A stretch of 64,000 nt of DNA, from contig NC_057742.1 in the NCBI RefSeq assembly GCF_004010195.1, positions 27,420,076-27,484,075 on the forward strand, in the 5' to 3' direction. How positions within the stretch are numbered: the first letter of the stretch is position 1; each line of letters begins with the position of its first letter. The stretch is from Chiloscyllium plagiosum (lineage: Eukaryota). Positions 38,861 through 52,040 of the stretch are shown piece by piece. Both the position numbers and the translations under genes were made by a program. The notes under the pieces were generated by a model. The model saw only the letters and a program-made list of their open reading frames with translations. It did no database searches and was not told the origin of the DNA.

Positions 38861-39660
38861 GCAATGGGAACAGTACCAGGCACAGCCAGCTTCCTGATCC
38901 TAAAACCAAAGTCTCAACCTGCACTATGTACCAGAGATATTCCAACTCCAGTGGTTTTGTTCAGGGCATGCTATAAAGGCAGTTTCAATGGGTTTCTCCT
39001 GTCAAGACTTCTCACTGTGAAGAACAATAATCTTCATCCTTCGTGCACCCTTCTGATGTGACAAGGGGGTCACCAACTAGAGTTCAGGACTTGGAATATT
39101 AGCTGACTTTTCTCAGCTGTGAGGTGATTCAGAGATATAATGTAATGGCCTTCACCAGACCATAACATCTATCTGACACAAAGCATGATATAATGAATAG
39201 GATGATAATTGAGTCATTATTATGCCAAAATTATTATTTTAACTTATCTGTAGATATCTCCTCAATTAATTTAAATTAATATAAGCCTTCAGCAGGGAAA
39301 ATAAGATTTGTTTCCTTTTAAAGTTTCTGTATTATGAGGTAACAAAAGAGAATATAACATGTTATAAAATATTTTGTGGCTGGTAACCATATATTTAACT
39401 TTGAATAATAGCTTATTTTGTTCTTGAATGGAAGAGATTGAAAAAAAGATGATGAAGATCTTAAAATTGGAGAATAATAGATATTGATGATGCAAAGTAT
39501 TTAATGGGGAAAGTCGGTGCTTGACTAATAGGTCAAGATATAGGAAATAAGGACTGTTATTACTTTGGGTTGATCAATATAAATGAGTAATTGGAAACCT
39601 TCAACCATGAGGGATGTCCATAAAGAGTTAGAGCAAATCAATGATTGTGTGCTCTACTCA

Positions 39661-40048
39661 TGGTCAAATATCACATGCCACCAGGTTATCATCCAACAGG
39701 TTTATTTGAAATCACAAACTTTTGGAGCATGATTCCTCTGTCAAGTGAAGTGGAGGGAAGTGGACAGGCACAGAATTTATAGATGACGAATTCTTTGAAA
39801 GATAGTTCCAGGTGATCAAGAGTGTCAAAAGATCGTACAAATGGTGTGAATGGAGTGTCAACAAGTGGAATAACAAATCTTTGCAGGTGATTGGAAGTTT
39901 CAAAAGGTGTGAGTAAAGTGTCAACAGTTAAATAGCAAGGAAAGGGATGACCTATGATCTGATTAATTGAAGCAGTGAGATAACTACAAAAAATCAAAAA
40001 TAAGATGGTGCTAGAGACACCACAATCCAACACTGGCACCTCCACATA
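39661..40048. mobile_element. PLE-derived family 2 element
   Basis: ccaggttatcatccaacaggtttatttg start and inverted terminus tccaacactggcacctccacat; TSD ctctactca at 39652-39660 and 40049-40057. Confidence 0.75.
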
Positions 40049-40429
40049 CTCTACTCACAGAGATGGAACAGGTCTTCGTTCAAAACACAAGTGTCAATCA
40101 AGAATCAATAACCCTGGATGTCCTGAAAAGAATGCATCTTTTTATTTTTCTCTATTTTTGATTGTGAACTAAAATAGGAAAGGGACTGTTTTAAAAACCA
40201 AGGATTACAAAAAGGATTAAAGCACTTGTTAACGCAAGTTACCTGACTCATTGCAAGTACTGTTTCTACTGCTGCGTGTGGGGACTGATGAAAGACAAAC
40301 TGAAGCTGGGAATGTATGTAAAGGGACCTTCCACCAGCAACAAGTAGCCAATTGGTTTTTGGAATAGCGACCACTTGTCAATGATAAAGGGCTTCTGTCT
40401 GCCAACAACTAAGTGATTGACTCCCAGGA

Positions 40430-40595
40430 TATTAGATCAGTTGTTAATTTTAAGTCTGAGGCAGATAAACTTTTATTAAGCAAAGGTATTTAGGAATATG
40501 GGCCAAAGGGAGGTACATGGTGTTAGGCCACCGATCCGGTATGACTTCACTGAATGTTGGAATGGGCTCCAAAGGCTGAATGCCCTACTCCTGTT
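40430..40595 (+). mobile_element. Short CR1 3' tail
   Basis: tttaagtctgaggcagataaacttttattaagcaaaggtatttaggaatatggg...gctgaatgccctactcctg. Confidence 0.75.
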
Positions 40596-41390
40596 TGTAA
40601 GTTCCTACCTTCCTCTGTTCAAGATTGCTGAAAGACTTGTGGGTGTGAATAATCAGTCAGAACTCATCGGACCTCCAAGAAGGAAGGAGCGAATCTCACT
40701 GCATTAAAATGGCATCTCACCCCTGAAGAGAGTCAGTTTATGCTTCCTCATCAGTTATTGTGAGCTGTGCCCTGTAACCAATAAGTCAGAGAGACTTTAT
40801 AAATGTGAACCAGTCACTCTATGCCTCCTGCAACAGGTGAAAGTACCTGAAGTAAGAAGATCAAGGAAAACAAACCCTGATGAACCAGAATCAAAACCTT
40901 AGTGAACCTGGGCAAGGGCCTTCCCATTCTTTCCCTCCATTCATGATACCCTTTCTGTATGGCTGTCTTTTTGTTTGTAGGTGGAGTTTTACAAGGCCAT
41001 TAGAGTTTTAACTAGTAGAGTAATATGTTATTAGCTCATAAAATTTTACCTGTAGCTAGAGTCTATTTATTTGTAACAAATAGCAATTCCAGAAGGCTGG
41101 TCTACGCTTTCTGTGATCCTCGGTCTGACATATGGGAAGATCGGTGAAGGCTGCAGATGTTTATAAAATCTTCAACTTTTGTGATGGCTCTGGGAGTAGC
41201 AGGGCTTGATTTGTAGCGTGTTACCCCAGTGAGGCATTGCAGTACATTAGGCGAAATTTTGGAATTGAATGCTATGTCTAGTTTCATTGTTCCAAGTCAA
41301 ATCCCTGACTGCATGGAAAATAGCAGCAATCGGTTCACGTTGAAAGTCTCAAGAGCTACATTCCTCTGCCAAGCCCAGAGTTGTGATAAT
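40596..41390. mobile_element. Possible LTR-like segment
   Basis: Starts tgtaag immediately after the CR1 tail and has LTR-like composition; no clear TSD or 3' terminus. Confidence 0.25.
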
Positions 41391-42099
41391 TAGTAACTCT
41401 GTAATATAACTTCCATCCAAATTGAAGAAAAATAACAATTATTGGCTGTCATACTTTGTACACTTTGGATGGCAATAAACAGTATTTATTGGCATCAGTC
41501 AGCCCAAATGAAAAACATGCTTTCCTGTAAGCCTACATAAAATAGACAGTCAATAAAAACCTTTATTCATCCTTTGTTGTACTGACCGACACCAAGAAAT
41601 CTAAATCAATAAACTGAGTTCATAAAATTGATGTCCTTGCATTAGTCAGATAATGACTGAGGGCATTTTCAAAAACTGCTTTGAGTGATTTTGTTGACTG
41701 CCTTTCTCCTATTTTGAGCTGGTTAAATGCAAATTATTTTACTGCTATGTTAATTGGTATTAGTTCCACCAAATTGATTATACTTGACACTCAGCTTCAC
41801 TTAGCTACATTGATTTGCTGTGTCAAATGATTCAGACAGATGGACTTTCTTTTTAATCGCAACAATAACTCGAATGTGTTACTGATATCATGAGGTTATT
41901 GAATCATGACAACTTGTGAACAGTTTTCCTCTAGTCATGCATGAGGTGCAGCTTAGTTCTGAACAATAGATTAATGGTTTCAGCATTTTGTAATTTTGTA
42001 AAAATGGACTAACCATTTTTTATTTGATTATTTTATGTGTGTTTTTTTAATCCTGGGATCTTTTCATGTTTCACATTTTTTAAAAGGAACAATGCTGAC

Positions 42100-42982
42100 C
42101 ATAATAACATAAGACCATAAGTTATAGGAGCAGAATTAGGCCAATTGGCCCATCAAGTCTACTCTGCCATTCAATCATGACTGATAAATTTCTCCACCAC
42201 ATTCCCATGTCTTCTCGCCGAACCCCTTGATCCCTTTACCAAACATGAACCTACCTATTTCTGTCTTCAATACACTCAATGACTTGTCCTCTTCAGACTT
42301 CTGCAGCAATGAGTTTCACAGATTCAGCACCCTCTGACTGAAGAGATTACTCCTCATCTTAGTTCTCGACTCTAATCTCCAGCATCTGCAGTGCTCACTT
42401 TCGCTTTGTTGTACGACAAGCCCTTCAACCCCAAGATTGTGCTTGTAAACCTCCCCTGGACCACCTTCAATGCCAGCATATCCTTCCTGAGATACAGGGC
42501 TCAAAACTGCTCACCATTTTCCAAATGCAGTCTGACTAGAGCCTTATACAGCCTCAGCAAGACACCGTTACTCTTGTATTCTAGCCCTCTTGAAATTCAT
42601 TCTTACCATTGCATTTGCCTTCTGAACTGCCGACTGAACCTGTGTGTTAACCTTAAAATAATTCAGCAGTAGGACTCGCAAGTCCCTTTGTGCTCCAGAT
42701 TTCCAAAGCCTTGGAAAACAGTCTATGCCTCTACTTTTCCTACCAAAATGGTTAACATCACATTTCTTTGCCAATTCCCTTAGCCTATCCATGGACTTTT
42801 GCAGCCTCCCTGCCTCCTTAGCACAATTTATCCCTCTACCTATCTTTGTATCATCTATAAACTTAGCAACAGTGCCTTTGGTTCCTTCATTCAGGTTAAA
42901 CATTGTGTTCCTTCATTCAGGTTATACATTGTGTTCCCAACATTGACCCCTGTGGAACTCTACTAGTTACTGGCTGCCATCC
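42100..42982 (-). mobile_element. CR1 LINE 3' fragment with an internal deletion
   Basis: AKFIDDTKIG (42568 ORF) and gaccataa tail; a family-1 fragment sits at about 42363-42405. Confidence 0.9.
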
Positions 42983-43343
42983 TGTAACTTAAGATGGCCT
43001 CAGGTTTAGGGCGCTCCAGAAAGGATCATTCAAATTAGACAGGGCTGAAGTCAATTGTCAGCACAGAGCCCAAAGGAGACAACTCAACTGGAATTTGGTC
43101 ATTAGCTATAAAAGAGGACAAGAAGGACCAGAGAAGGTGATAAAAGATAACAATGCTGATCCAGAGCATTAAAGGAGGATCAGAGAAGTTCTCAGACAGA
43201 CCTGAAGACAGTAGGTTTTAACCTTACTTAGTGGAAGAGTCAAAGGGTGGGAAATGTTAGAAGCTGAGCATCCACCAAATGACAATATTTTGCCAGGGAT
43301 AATGGAACAGATTAGGGGAAAACTGATTCTCACTAATATTACA
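42983..43343 (+). mobile_element. Possible short solo LTR
   Basis: TGTAAC...ATTACA termini with internal ctataaaag; no TSD. Confidence 0.3.
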
Positions 43344-43384
43344 AAGTATTAGACTACTAACTGGTCAATACATTCATTGTTCTG

Positions 43385-43551
43385 AGTTAAAAATCACACA
43401 ACACCAGGTTATAGTCCAACAGGTTTAATTGGAAGCAAAAAGAGCGTCGCTCCTTCATGCTAGTGTGCTTCCAATTAAACCTGTTGGACTATAACCTGGT
43501 GTTGTGTGATTTTTAACTTTGTACACCCCAGTCCAACACCGGCATCTCCAG
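43385..43551. mobile_element. PLE-derived family 2 inverted dimer with collapsed centre
   Basis: agttaaaaatcacacaacaccaggttatagtccaacaggtttaattggaagca and its exact reverse complement flank the remnant gagcgtcgctccttcat. Confidence 0.9.
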
Positions 43552-44356
43552 TTCATTCTCCTGGTTATCCTAACTACGTTGAGTAATATGTCTTGGCCAA
43601 GTGTATAGTTTAATCAATTCTCAGAGGTTTCAATTTTTCAATATTGTGGAAAACTTTATTTGGGTTTTATTTATCTCTTATTTCTGTGGTCGTGATCTGG
43701 AGAGGATGTGTGTGATCATCCATTTTTGCAAATGCATAATCTCCAAATCCTCCTGCACTTTGGTAACATTGTTACATTTAATCTGATGAACTGAAGGGAC
43801 TGACCAAGAGCTAGACTTGAACTGATTTCAAATCTTTTTACTGACATTTAGTTTTGGCTATTCTTGTAACTTTAGTGTTTTTACTCCCTTAATTTTTGAT
43901 GGGATTCTAAGAGTTTTAATCAATGAATCAAATCAACGAGCCATTCACAACATTTAAGACTTAAATTATTTTTATAATGTTCAGAAATATACAGAGAAAA
44001 ATGCATAAGACGCATACCCGTAATTGTTGCAGGAGGAAGTTGAATTGAAGTATGGTTTATAAATTAGATTTTCAGGCAGTCCTTGTATTTTTCAAGTCAT
44101 ATTAAAAAGAACAATATCAAATTTGCCTCTTGAATCTTAAAATAGATATTGATTAGAAGCATTATTTCCCTGTTTGTAAAGGGATATGTTGACGATTCTC
44201 AAAGTGATTAGTTGAGATAAACAATAGAAATGTCAAAGACCTGTAACAAAAATAAGAATGGATAGCATTTATTTGAGAAGGTATACTTAACATTTCAACT
44301 GGCAATCCCATATGGGATTGGTTCCTGTTTCGAATGTTTTTGGAATGTGGAAACCC

Positions 44357-44447
44357 GAGCTGAAAAAAGTGTTGCTGGAAAAGCGCAGCAGGTCAGGCAG
44401 CATCCAAGGAGCAGGAGAATCGACGTTTCGGGCATAAGCCCTTCTAG
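44357..44447 (-). mobile_element. PLE-derived family 1 single arm
   Basis: Minus strand gaagggcttatgcccGAAAcgtcgattctcctgctcc; stem II and GAAACGTC intact, CTGATGA truncated. Confidence 0.85.
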
Positions 44448-44919
44448 AACCCTATTCTAGAATTCAGACTTCTTTCTCTTTTTTTAAAATCTAATACTAT
44501 ATTAACATTGGCCACCGTAATTTGAGTCAAATTAATTTAACTCCTTTCTGATCATAATAGGATTAAGTTAGGTAAAAGTCTATCTGAGGATCACTAAGGT
44601 TGCTAAGGAACAGCTGCTGCTTGGTAGCACCTAGCTTTTGGAATTAAATTTCTCTTCGCTTCACGTCTAACTGGGGACAATGCCTTCCTTGGGAGGATTG
44701 GCAGCTCAGACAGTCCCTTTACAATATGGACACCAGATGATAAACAATACAAGTCCATCTGTTGTTGGCATGAGAAGGGATGCTGTCGTTTTTGCAGACG
44801 GTGAAGCTGGCTTCAAGGATTTTATCATGTTTGCACACTGAAGGGGGCTATTCTCTTGGCAACACTTTGTGAAGCTGCTCATCATAAAATACTGACCTAA
44901 CTGCTCAGTAATAACAAGA

Positions 44920-45450
44920 TCATGCTTGAACCAATGTTATATCATGCCTTTAATGTAGCAAAATTTCCCAATGCACTTTAACCAATGCAAAATTTGACAC
45001 TGTGTGCATATAAGATATTAGGACACGCGACTTAAAGCCTTGGTCTAATCGGTACATTTTAAGAAATGGTTTAAAGAAGGCAAGCTAAAGAGACAGAAAC
45101 ATTGAGGAAGGGATTGCAAAGAGCTGAAAACATATAAAGGCAAGCCTGTCAGTAGAGGGGTGAAGGAAATCAGGGATCACTGAGAGGCAGGATTTGGAGA
45201 AGTACAATGATGTTGGAGGGTTGTAGGAATGAAGGAAATTACAGGAGCAAGGAGGGACAGGCCATGGGGGCATTTGAAAAGAAAAATGAGCATTTTAAAA
45301 TTGACTCATTGGTCAATGTAAAGTAATGTGAGTCTTTGGTCTAATGCAATATATTTGAGCAAGCATATGGGTGATAGGTGAATATTACTTAATGCGAGTC
45401 AGCATATGGGCAACATAGCTTTGGCTGAGCTGAAGTCTATAGGAGGTAGA
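44920..45450 (-). mobile_element. Old L2-like LINE 3' end
   Basis: Similar to 22860-23330 (gatattaggacacgcgacttaaagccttggtc...ttttaagaaatggtttaaag). Confidence 0.55.
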
Positions 45451-45489
45451 AGAAAATGAACAATATTAAACTATGGCACTATTGGACAA

Positions 45490-45830
45490 TGGGGTGGTAT
45501 TTTGGCTCAATGGTCAGCATTGCTGCCTCACTGTGCCAGGAACCTGAGTTCAATTCCACCCTCAGGCCACAGTCTGTGTGGAGTTTGCATGTGCTCCCTG
45601 TATTCGTGTCGGTTTCCGCTGGGATCTCGGCTTTCCTCCCTCAATTGAAAGATGCAGGTCTGATGGATTGGCCATGCAATAGTGTCCAGGGATGTGCAGG
45701 CTAGATGTGTTAACCATGGGAAATTTGGGGTTACAGGGAAAGGGGTGGGGGGATGGGTCTGGGTGAGATGTTCTTCAGAGGGTTGGTGTGGACTTGTTGG
45801 GCTGAATGGCCTGTTTCCAGAATTCTATGA
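45490..45830 (+). mobile_element. Decayed HE1-type SINE
   Basis: tggctcaatggtcagcattgctgcctca...gagttcaattcc...gtgtggagtttgcat...ggcctgtttcca. Confidence 0.85.
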
Positions 45831-46104
45831 AATTTCTGTAGTATGTAACAGGCCCATGTGGGTCCAGAAGATCTCTAAATTGGTTGAATATTGAAGCAAT
45901 ACTGAGAAAGGGGACAGATGTTTGAAGGATGATTTTAAAAAATGAAAATATTGAGTATGTTATTTTAAAAGAAAACAAATCTGAACAGCAGCTCAGGCAA
46001 CATAAGCTGTTTCATGATGCTATTATGCACTGGCAACTAAACAATGATCTTTCCACCAACTGGATGCTGCTATCCATCTAACAATATATTCATCGAGCCA
46101 AAGC

Positions 46105-47420
46105 TTGGAAACAAACCCTTCGGACAAACTCAACCATACCAACCAAGTTTCCCAATCTAAACTAGTATCATTTGGCCCATATCCCTCTAAACCTTTCTTA
46201 TTCATGCACATATCCAAATGTCTTTTCAATGCTGTAACTATACTTGCATCCATCACTTCCTCTGGTCGTTCATTCCACACATGAACCACCCCTCTGTGTG
46301 AAAATGTTGCCCCTCAGGTCCCTTTAAAATCTTTTCCCTCTCACTTAAAAATATGGTCCCTAGTTTTGAACTCACCCACCCTAAAGAAAAGACCTTTGCT
46401 ATTCACCTTACCTATGTGTCACTCATGATTTTATAAACTTCATTAGGGTCACCCCTCAACACCTGCTCTCCAGTGAAAGAAGTCCCAGCCTATTCAGCTT
46501 ACCCTTAAAATTAAAACCATTCATTCCCAGCAACATTCTGGTAACTCTTTTCTGAGCCCTGTCCAGTTTGATATCCTTCCTATAGGAGGGCAACCAGAAC
46601 TGTACACAGTAATCCAAAAATGGCCTCACCAATGCTCTGTGCAACTTCAACATGACATCCCAACTCCTATACTCAGTGCTCTGAGCAATGAAAGCAAGTG
46701 TTCTAAACCACCCTGTCTCCCTGTGATGCACCTTTCAAAGAATGATATACCTGAACCCTAGGTCTCTCTGTTCAACAGGACCTTACCGTTCATTGTATAC
46801 GTCCCTGCGCTTGTTTGTTTTACCAAAAGGCAATACCTCACATTTATCCAAATTAAACTCCATTGGCAACTCTTCAGCTCATTGGCTCAATGGATGAGAA
46901 TCCCTTTGTAATCTTAGATGATCTTCTTCACTGTCCACTATGCCATCAATTTTGGTGTCATCTGCAAAGCTACTAATCATACCTCCTAATCTCTCAACCA
47001 AATCATTTATATAAATGACAAATAAAAGTGGACTCGGCACCAATCCCTGCAGGACACTGCTGGTCACAGACCTCCAGTCCAACAAACAATAGACAATAGA
47101 CAATAGGTGCAGGAGTAGGCCATTCAGCCCTTCGAGCCTGCACCGCCATTCAATATGATCATGGCTGATCATTCCTAATCAGTATCCTGTTCCTGCCTTA
47201 TCTCCATAACCCTTGATTCCACTATCTTTGAGAGCTCTATCCAACTCCTTCTTAAATGAATCCAGACTCACCCATCAGCGGAAACATGTTTCCTGCTGCC
47301 AGAGTGTCCAATCCTTTCATAATCTTATACCTCCACCACCACCCTCTTTCCTACCATCAAGACAATTTTGTATCCAATTGGCAAGCTCTCACTGAATCCC
47401 ATGTGATCTATGCCAGTAGG
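46105..47420 (-). mobile_element. CR1 LINE (RT to 3' end) with a younger CR1 tail nested at about 47087-47330
   Basis: SFADDTKIDG, RALVRPFLDYCVQFW, VHVWNERPEEV; the nested copy starts with (caataga)n. Confidence 0.9.
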
Positions 47421-47549
47421 CAACACAGTCATCTTGACTCACACCCTGTGCTGCGGAGAACAGTGTCAGTACCCCCTCACTATGCTTCCTCCCTAAAACC
47501 ACATTCCATTTCACAACTCTATCTTGAATGGCTTCCTGTGCACAGTCAG

Positions 47550-47746
47550 GCAGACAGAAGTGGGAACTGCAGATGCTGCAGATTAGAGCCAAGATTAGAG
47601 TGGTGCTGGAAAAGCACAGTAGGTCAGGCAGCATCTGAGGAGCAGGAAAATCAAGGGCTTTTGCCCGAAATGTCGATGTTTCTGCTCCTCGGATTCTGCC
47701 TGACCTGCTGTGCTTTTCCAGCACCGCTCTAATCTTGACTCCGATC
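47550..47746. mobile_element. PLE-derived family 1 inverted dimer
   Basis: Inverted arms around gggcttttgcccGAAAtgtc; TSD cacagtcag at 47541-47549 and 47747-47755. Confidence 0.85.
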
Positions 47747-47889
47747 CACAGTCAGTTAACTCATCCACCCAGCGACCTTCACTCTCATCAGGATGAGCTG
47801 AAAGAACATCAATCAGTCTCTTTGTCAAGATAAAGGATATGTAAACAAGATAATTTGAGTTTGTAACATGGAAAAAGCTCTTAAGCATA

Positions 47890-48415
47890 AACAGAGAACT
47901 GTGGATGCTGGAGATCTGAAACAAACTAGAAGCACCTGGGGCAGCATGGTGACTCAGTGGTTGGCACTGCTGCCTCACAGCACCAGCGACCCAGGTTCAA
48001 TTCCAACCTCAGGCTCCAGACCGTCTCTGGAGTTTGCGCATTCTCCTCATGTCTGTGTGGGTTTCCTCCCATCACTCAAAGACGTGCAGGTAGGTGAATT
48101 GGCCATGCTAAATTGCACATAGTGCTGCAGAGCTGTGTATGTCAGATGCATTAGTCAAGGGTAAACGTAGGATATGGGAATGGATCTCGGTGGGTTTCTT
48201 GTTGGTGTGGACTTGTTGGGTCAAAGGGCCTGTTTCCACACTGTAGAGATTCTAGTTAATGAAAAAATTGCTGGAGGAAATGCAGCATCTGTGAAGCAAA
48301 AAAAAAGTTAACATTTTGAGTCCGGTGATCCTTCTTGTCCTGAAAAATGTTAGCTCTTAGTTCTCCAGCAATTTCTGTTTTTGTTTATTTCAGATCTCCG
48401 TCATCTACAGTTTTG
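47890..48415. mobile_element. PLE-derived family 3 inverted pair interrupted by an HE1 SINE
   Basis: aactgtggatgctggagatctgaaa at the left; ttcagatctccgtcatctacagtt at the right. Confidence 0.65.
47938..48255 (+). mobile_element. HE1-type SINE
   Basis: A/B boxes gtgactcagtggttgg and aggttcaattcc; tail gggcctgtttccacactgta. Confidence 0.9.
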
Positions 48416-48419
48416 TTTT

Positions 48420-48800
48420 GAAACTCATGAGATGCTACATTCTATCCATTTTCTGACATGAATCAGAAACCTGGACAATAAGTAAAGATCTGGAAGAAAG
48501 TGGAGGCCTTTGAAATATGGATGCTGATACATCTGCACAAAATTCCGGATATACATATCCTGATAATAGATGAAGAGGTATTTGAAATTCCAAAACCAAA
48601 GAACTCTTAAAAAGTGAGATCCAAAAAAGAAAATATTGGTACTTCAGCCATTTGATCAGAGAGCAAACTGGAGGGCAGCAGAAAGGGGAATTGTCCTAGG
48701 CATAGCTGGATGACTGTTATCACAGAATGGGGGTGAACTACATTGATGTGTGAAGAATGTGCAAGGCAGATAAGTGTGGTACACCATGACAGGTGTTCCA
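48420..48800 (+). mobile_element. RTE-clade LINE 3' fragment, decayed
   Basis: ESETWTISKD...KVEAFEIWML resembles the RTE C-terminal motif YGxETW...IEAFEMW. Confidence 0.65.
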
Positions 48801-48893
48801 GTAGGTGTAGCCATAAAAAGCTGCAGTTAGAACTGAAATAAAACAAAGAACTGTGGATGCTAGAAATTTGAAATGAAAAACAGAAATCTATCT

Positions 48894-49175
48894 TGGAGAA
48901 AGTGAGGACTGCAGATGCTGGAGATCAGAGTCGAAACGTGTGGTGCTGGAAAAGCACAGCTGATCAGGCAGCATGCAAGGAGCAGGAGACTCATCGTCTC
49001 AGGCATAAGTCCTTTATCATATTACGTATTTACATAAAACATTATATTACATATAACATTTACATATTAATAAACCGAAACCTGATGAAGGGCTTATGCC
49101 TGAAATGTCGATTCTCCTGCTCCTCAGATGCTGCCTGATCTGCTGTGCTTTTCCAGCACCACACTCTTCTACAGC
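48894..49175. mobile_element. PLE-derived family 1 inverted dimer with AT-rich spacer
   Basis: Right arm cCTGATGAagggcttatgcctGAAAtgtcgattc; TSD aatctatct at 48885-48893 and 49176-49184. Confidence 0.88.
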
Positions 49176-49736
49176 AATCTATCTACCATAAAATTGAGCA
49201 ATGCCTGTGAATAAGTTTCAGTTCCACTGCAATGCCGGTTCCTACATCTTCACAATGGGTGATCAAATCAAACAATATGTTCTTTCTGTTGTTTAAAATA
49301 TGCAGGGCATAGAACATATTCACCTAACCATGGTTGCAAAATCCAACATAGAATGTTGACTATTAGATTTGAGTGCATGATTCAGCAGCACCTGATGAGC
49401 AATCCTGTTTGTCCTAATAGCTAAATAAACAACTAATTTAAGATAATTAATCAAGCCCATAAGAATAGCTCACATACACTTACTGAAGATGAAATACATT
49501 CATACACATATCTATTCTCTGTAATCTATATGATCAAGCCTTGTCAATTTTGCTCAAAAGCTTGGGAAGCCCATAGTCCCCCAATGGTGAGGCATGCCAT
49601 AGAGAAAACAGTCAAAATTGACTTGCCAAATGATCAGCATCTTTCACTCTTATCATGTCTGGTTCACATCTTATTCAATCTGGCATTTTTCTATTTGGTC
49701 TAATTAATGCTTTATGACTCTTTTTTCAGAATTATT

Positions 49737-50282
49737 GTCATGATGTGGAGGAGCCGGTATTAGACTGGGGTGGACAAAGTTAAAAATCACACAACACCAG
49801 GTTACAATCCAACAGGTTTATTTGGAAGCACTAGCTTTCTGAGTGCTGCTCCGTCATCAGGTAGCTGTGAAGCAGGATTATAGGACACAGAATTTATAGC
49901 AAAAGATTACAGTATCACGTAACTGAAATGATATAGTGAACAAACCTAGGTTGCTGTTAACCTCACGTCTTTAATGCATAGTCTGAGTTGAGGTGTCACT
50001 TATTTTTATAAAATCTTAAGTTAACTCGAGAAGGTGACTTAAAAGAAGTTCTGGGATTTACATATTAAGGAATCTACAACCCATTCTAAAAGATGAAGAA
50101 CTTAATAGCAATCTAGGTTTGTTCAATATATCATTCAGTTTCATGACACTGTAATCTTTTGCTATAAATTCTGTGTCTTATGATCCTATTTCACAGTTAC
50201 CTGATTTGGAGTGCAGCACTCCAAAAGCCAGTGGTTCCAAATAAACCTGTTGGGCTATAACCTGGTGTTGTGTGATTTTTAA
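49737..50282. mobile_element. PLE-derived family 2 long inverted dimer
   Basis: Arms about 49780-49955 and 50110-50282; minus-strand CTGATGAcggagcagcactcaGAAAgctagtg; TSD tttcagaattatt at 49724-49736 and 50283-50295. Confidence 0.88.
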
Positions 50283-51691
50283 TTTCAGAATTATTCACAT
50301 TCGGTGCTATCAAGTCACTTTGCATTGCTCCATGGAGATATGCTATGCAATGAGATAGGGTTGATAAAGTTGATTTCGATAATGGTTCCCAAATTAATGA
50401 GCACACAAAGAAAAACTGTAATACTTAGAATCCTAAAAGATATTGCATAAGAACGTGTAGAGAGGAGACTTGTGCAGAAATATAATAAAATAAATTGGAT
50501 AGTTTACATTTTGAATCAAATTGATAACCAAGGTTAATATTGGATTAAACTATTAACGTAACTTACAAATTCTAAAATCCACAAAGACTGTCAGTAATCA
50601 ATTAATTTTGTACAGTCATCAGGATTGTTAAATAGAAAATAGATATTATACAAGAACTGGCAAGCTGCTCTGCTGCCCATTCCACTAAACAGATGATACT
50701 TGAAATTAAAAAAAACAATTGAGGCTTAAATATCATTTTTTGTGAAGGTTCCAATCCTTCTTATTCTAGCCCCTTGAGTACAGTTCCCAACTTACATTCA
50801 TTTGCTTCCATCATTTTTAATGTTGCCCTTTAGCCACCAAATTCCAGCATCTGGAATTTTCTTCTTTAAAGTTCTATCTATGACTTTACATCCAAGACCA
50901 CCCTTAATTTTCCCTCTGATCTAGCTTCAGTTAATTGCTCCTTGCGCATCTTGCTTTATTGCGAGTGTCTTGTTTTCTATGATAAAGGTGCTATGGCAGT
51001 GACTAATGTAGCAAAAATGGGTTTATTAAATTATATTGAAACCAGGCTACTCTGAGTGCAATTAAGTAAATTCCTGTTTGGTGCTGATACTTAAAGACCA
51101 TCAGCAGAAATTAGAAACTTTCTTTGATCTACATTAAATGTATTTCAACTTCAAGCAACATAGGGTGTTATAAATTAGAGACAATTATGGCCTTAAGGAA
51201 CATCAATAAACTGCACAGATGCCGACTCAGTGATCTGTGGAATCATATAGAATCAGTTACATTTTTACACTTTATTAAGTCAAGGCTTATTGTGCCGTTC
51301 ATAATTCAAAGGAAAGGATGTTCTTCCAGTTTTATATTTTTGTTCCAGTTTCATTCTGTCACTAGGTCATATTTTCTTTCAGGGTTCCATGTGAAAATTT
51401 TAATTATTGTGAAGTAGGTCATGAAGTTAGAGCTTGCTAATAACTGGAACAATCTTGATTGTTCTTTATTGAACTGTCTGTTCCATGTGCTCTTTAATCA
51501 TTAAATGCCTTACAGACGCGAAGATGCATTGACTATGTATATACATAGATTTATTATAAAAGAACAGAAGGATCTAAATTCAAGGTTAATTGACCTGGGA
51601 AACATCCCTTCTAATCTGCATGAAATTCAATCATAATCAAAGCTCATGAACGATCAGTCACTTGTGTTAGAATCATTGTTAGATGCATGTT

Positions 51692-52040
51692 TTAGAGTCA
51701 TAGAGATGTACAGCATGGAAACAAACCCTACGGTCCAACCTGTCCATGCCGACCAGATATCCTAAGCTAATCTAGTCCCACCTGCCAGCACCTGGCCCAT
51801 TTCCCTCCAGACCCTTCCTATTCATATACCCATCCAAATGCCTCTTAAATGTTGCAATTGTACCAGGCTCCACCACTTCCTCTGGCAGCTCAATCCATAC
51901 CCACACCACCCTCTGTGTGAAAAAGCTGCCCCTTAGGTCTCTTTTATATCTTTCCCCTCCCACCCTAAACCTATGCCCTCTAGTTCTGGATTCCCCGACC
52001 CCATGAAAAAGACTTTGCCTATTTACCCTATCCATGCCTC
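51692..52040 (-). mobile_element. CR1 LINE 3' end
   Basis: RTRGHRFRV...FFTQRVVWVWIELPEEVV...FKRHLDGYM (51772 ORF). Confidence 0.92.
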
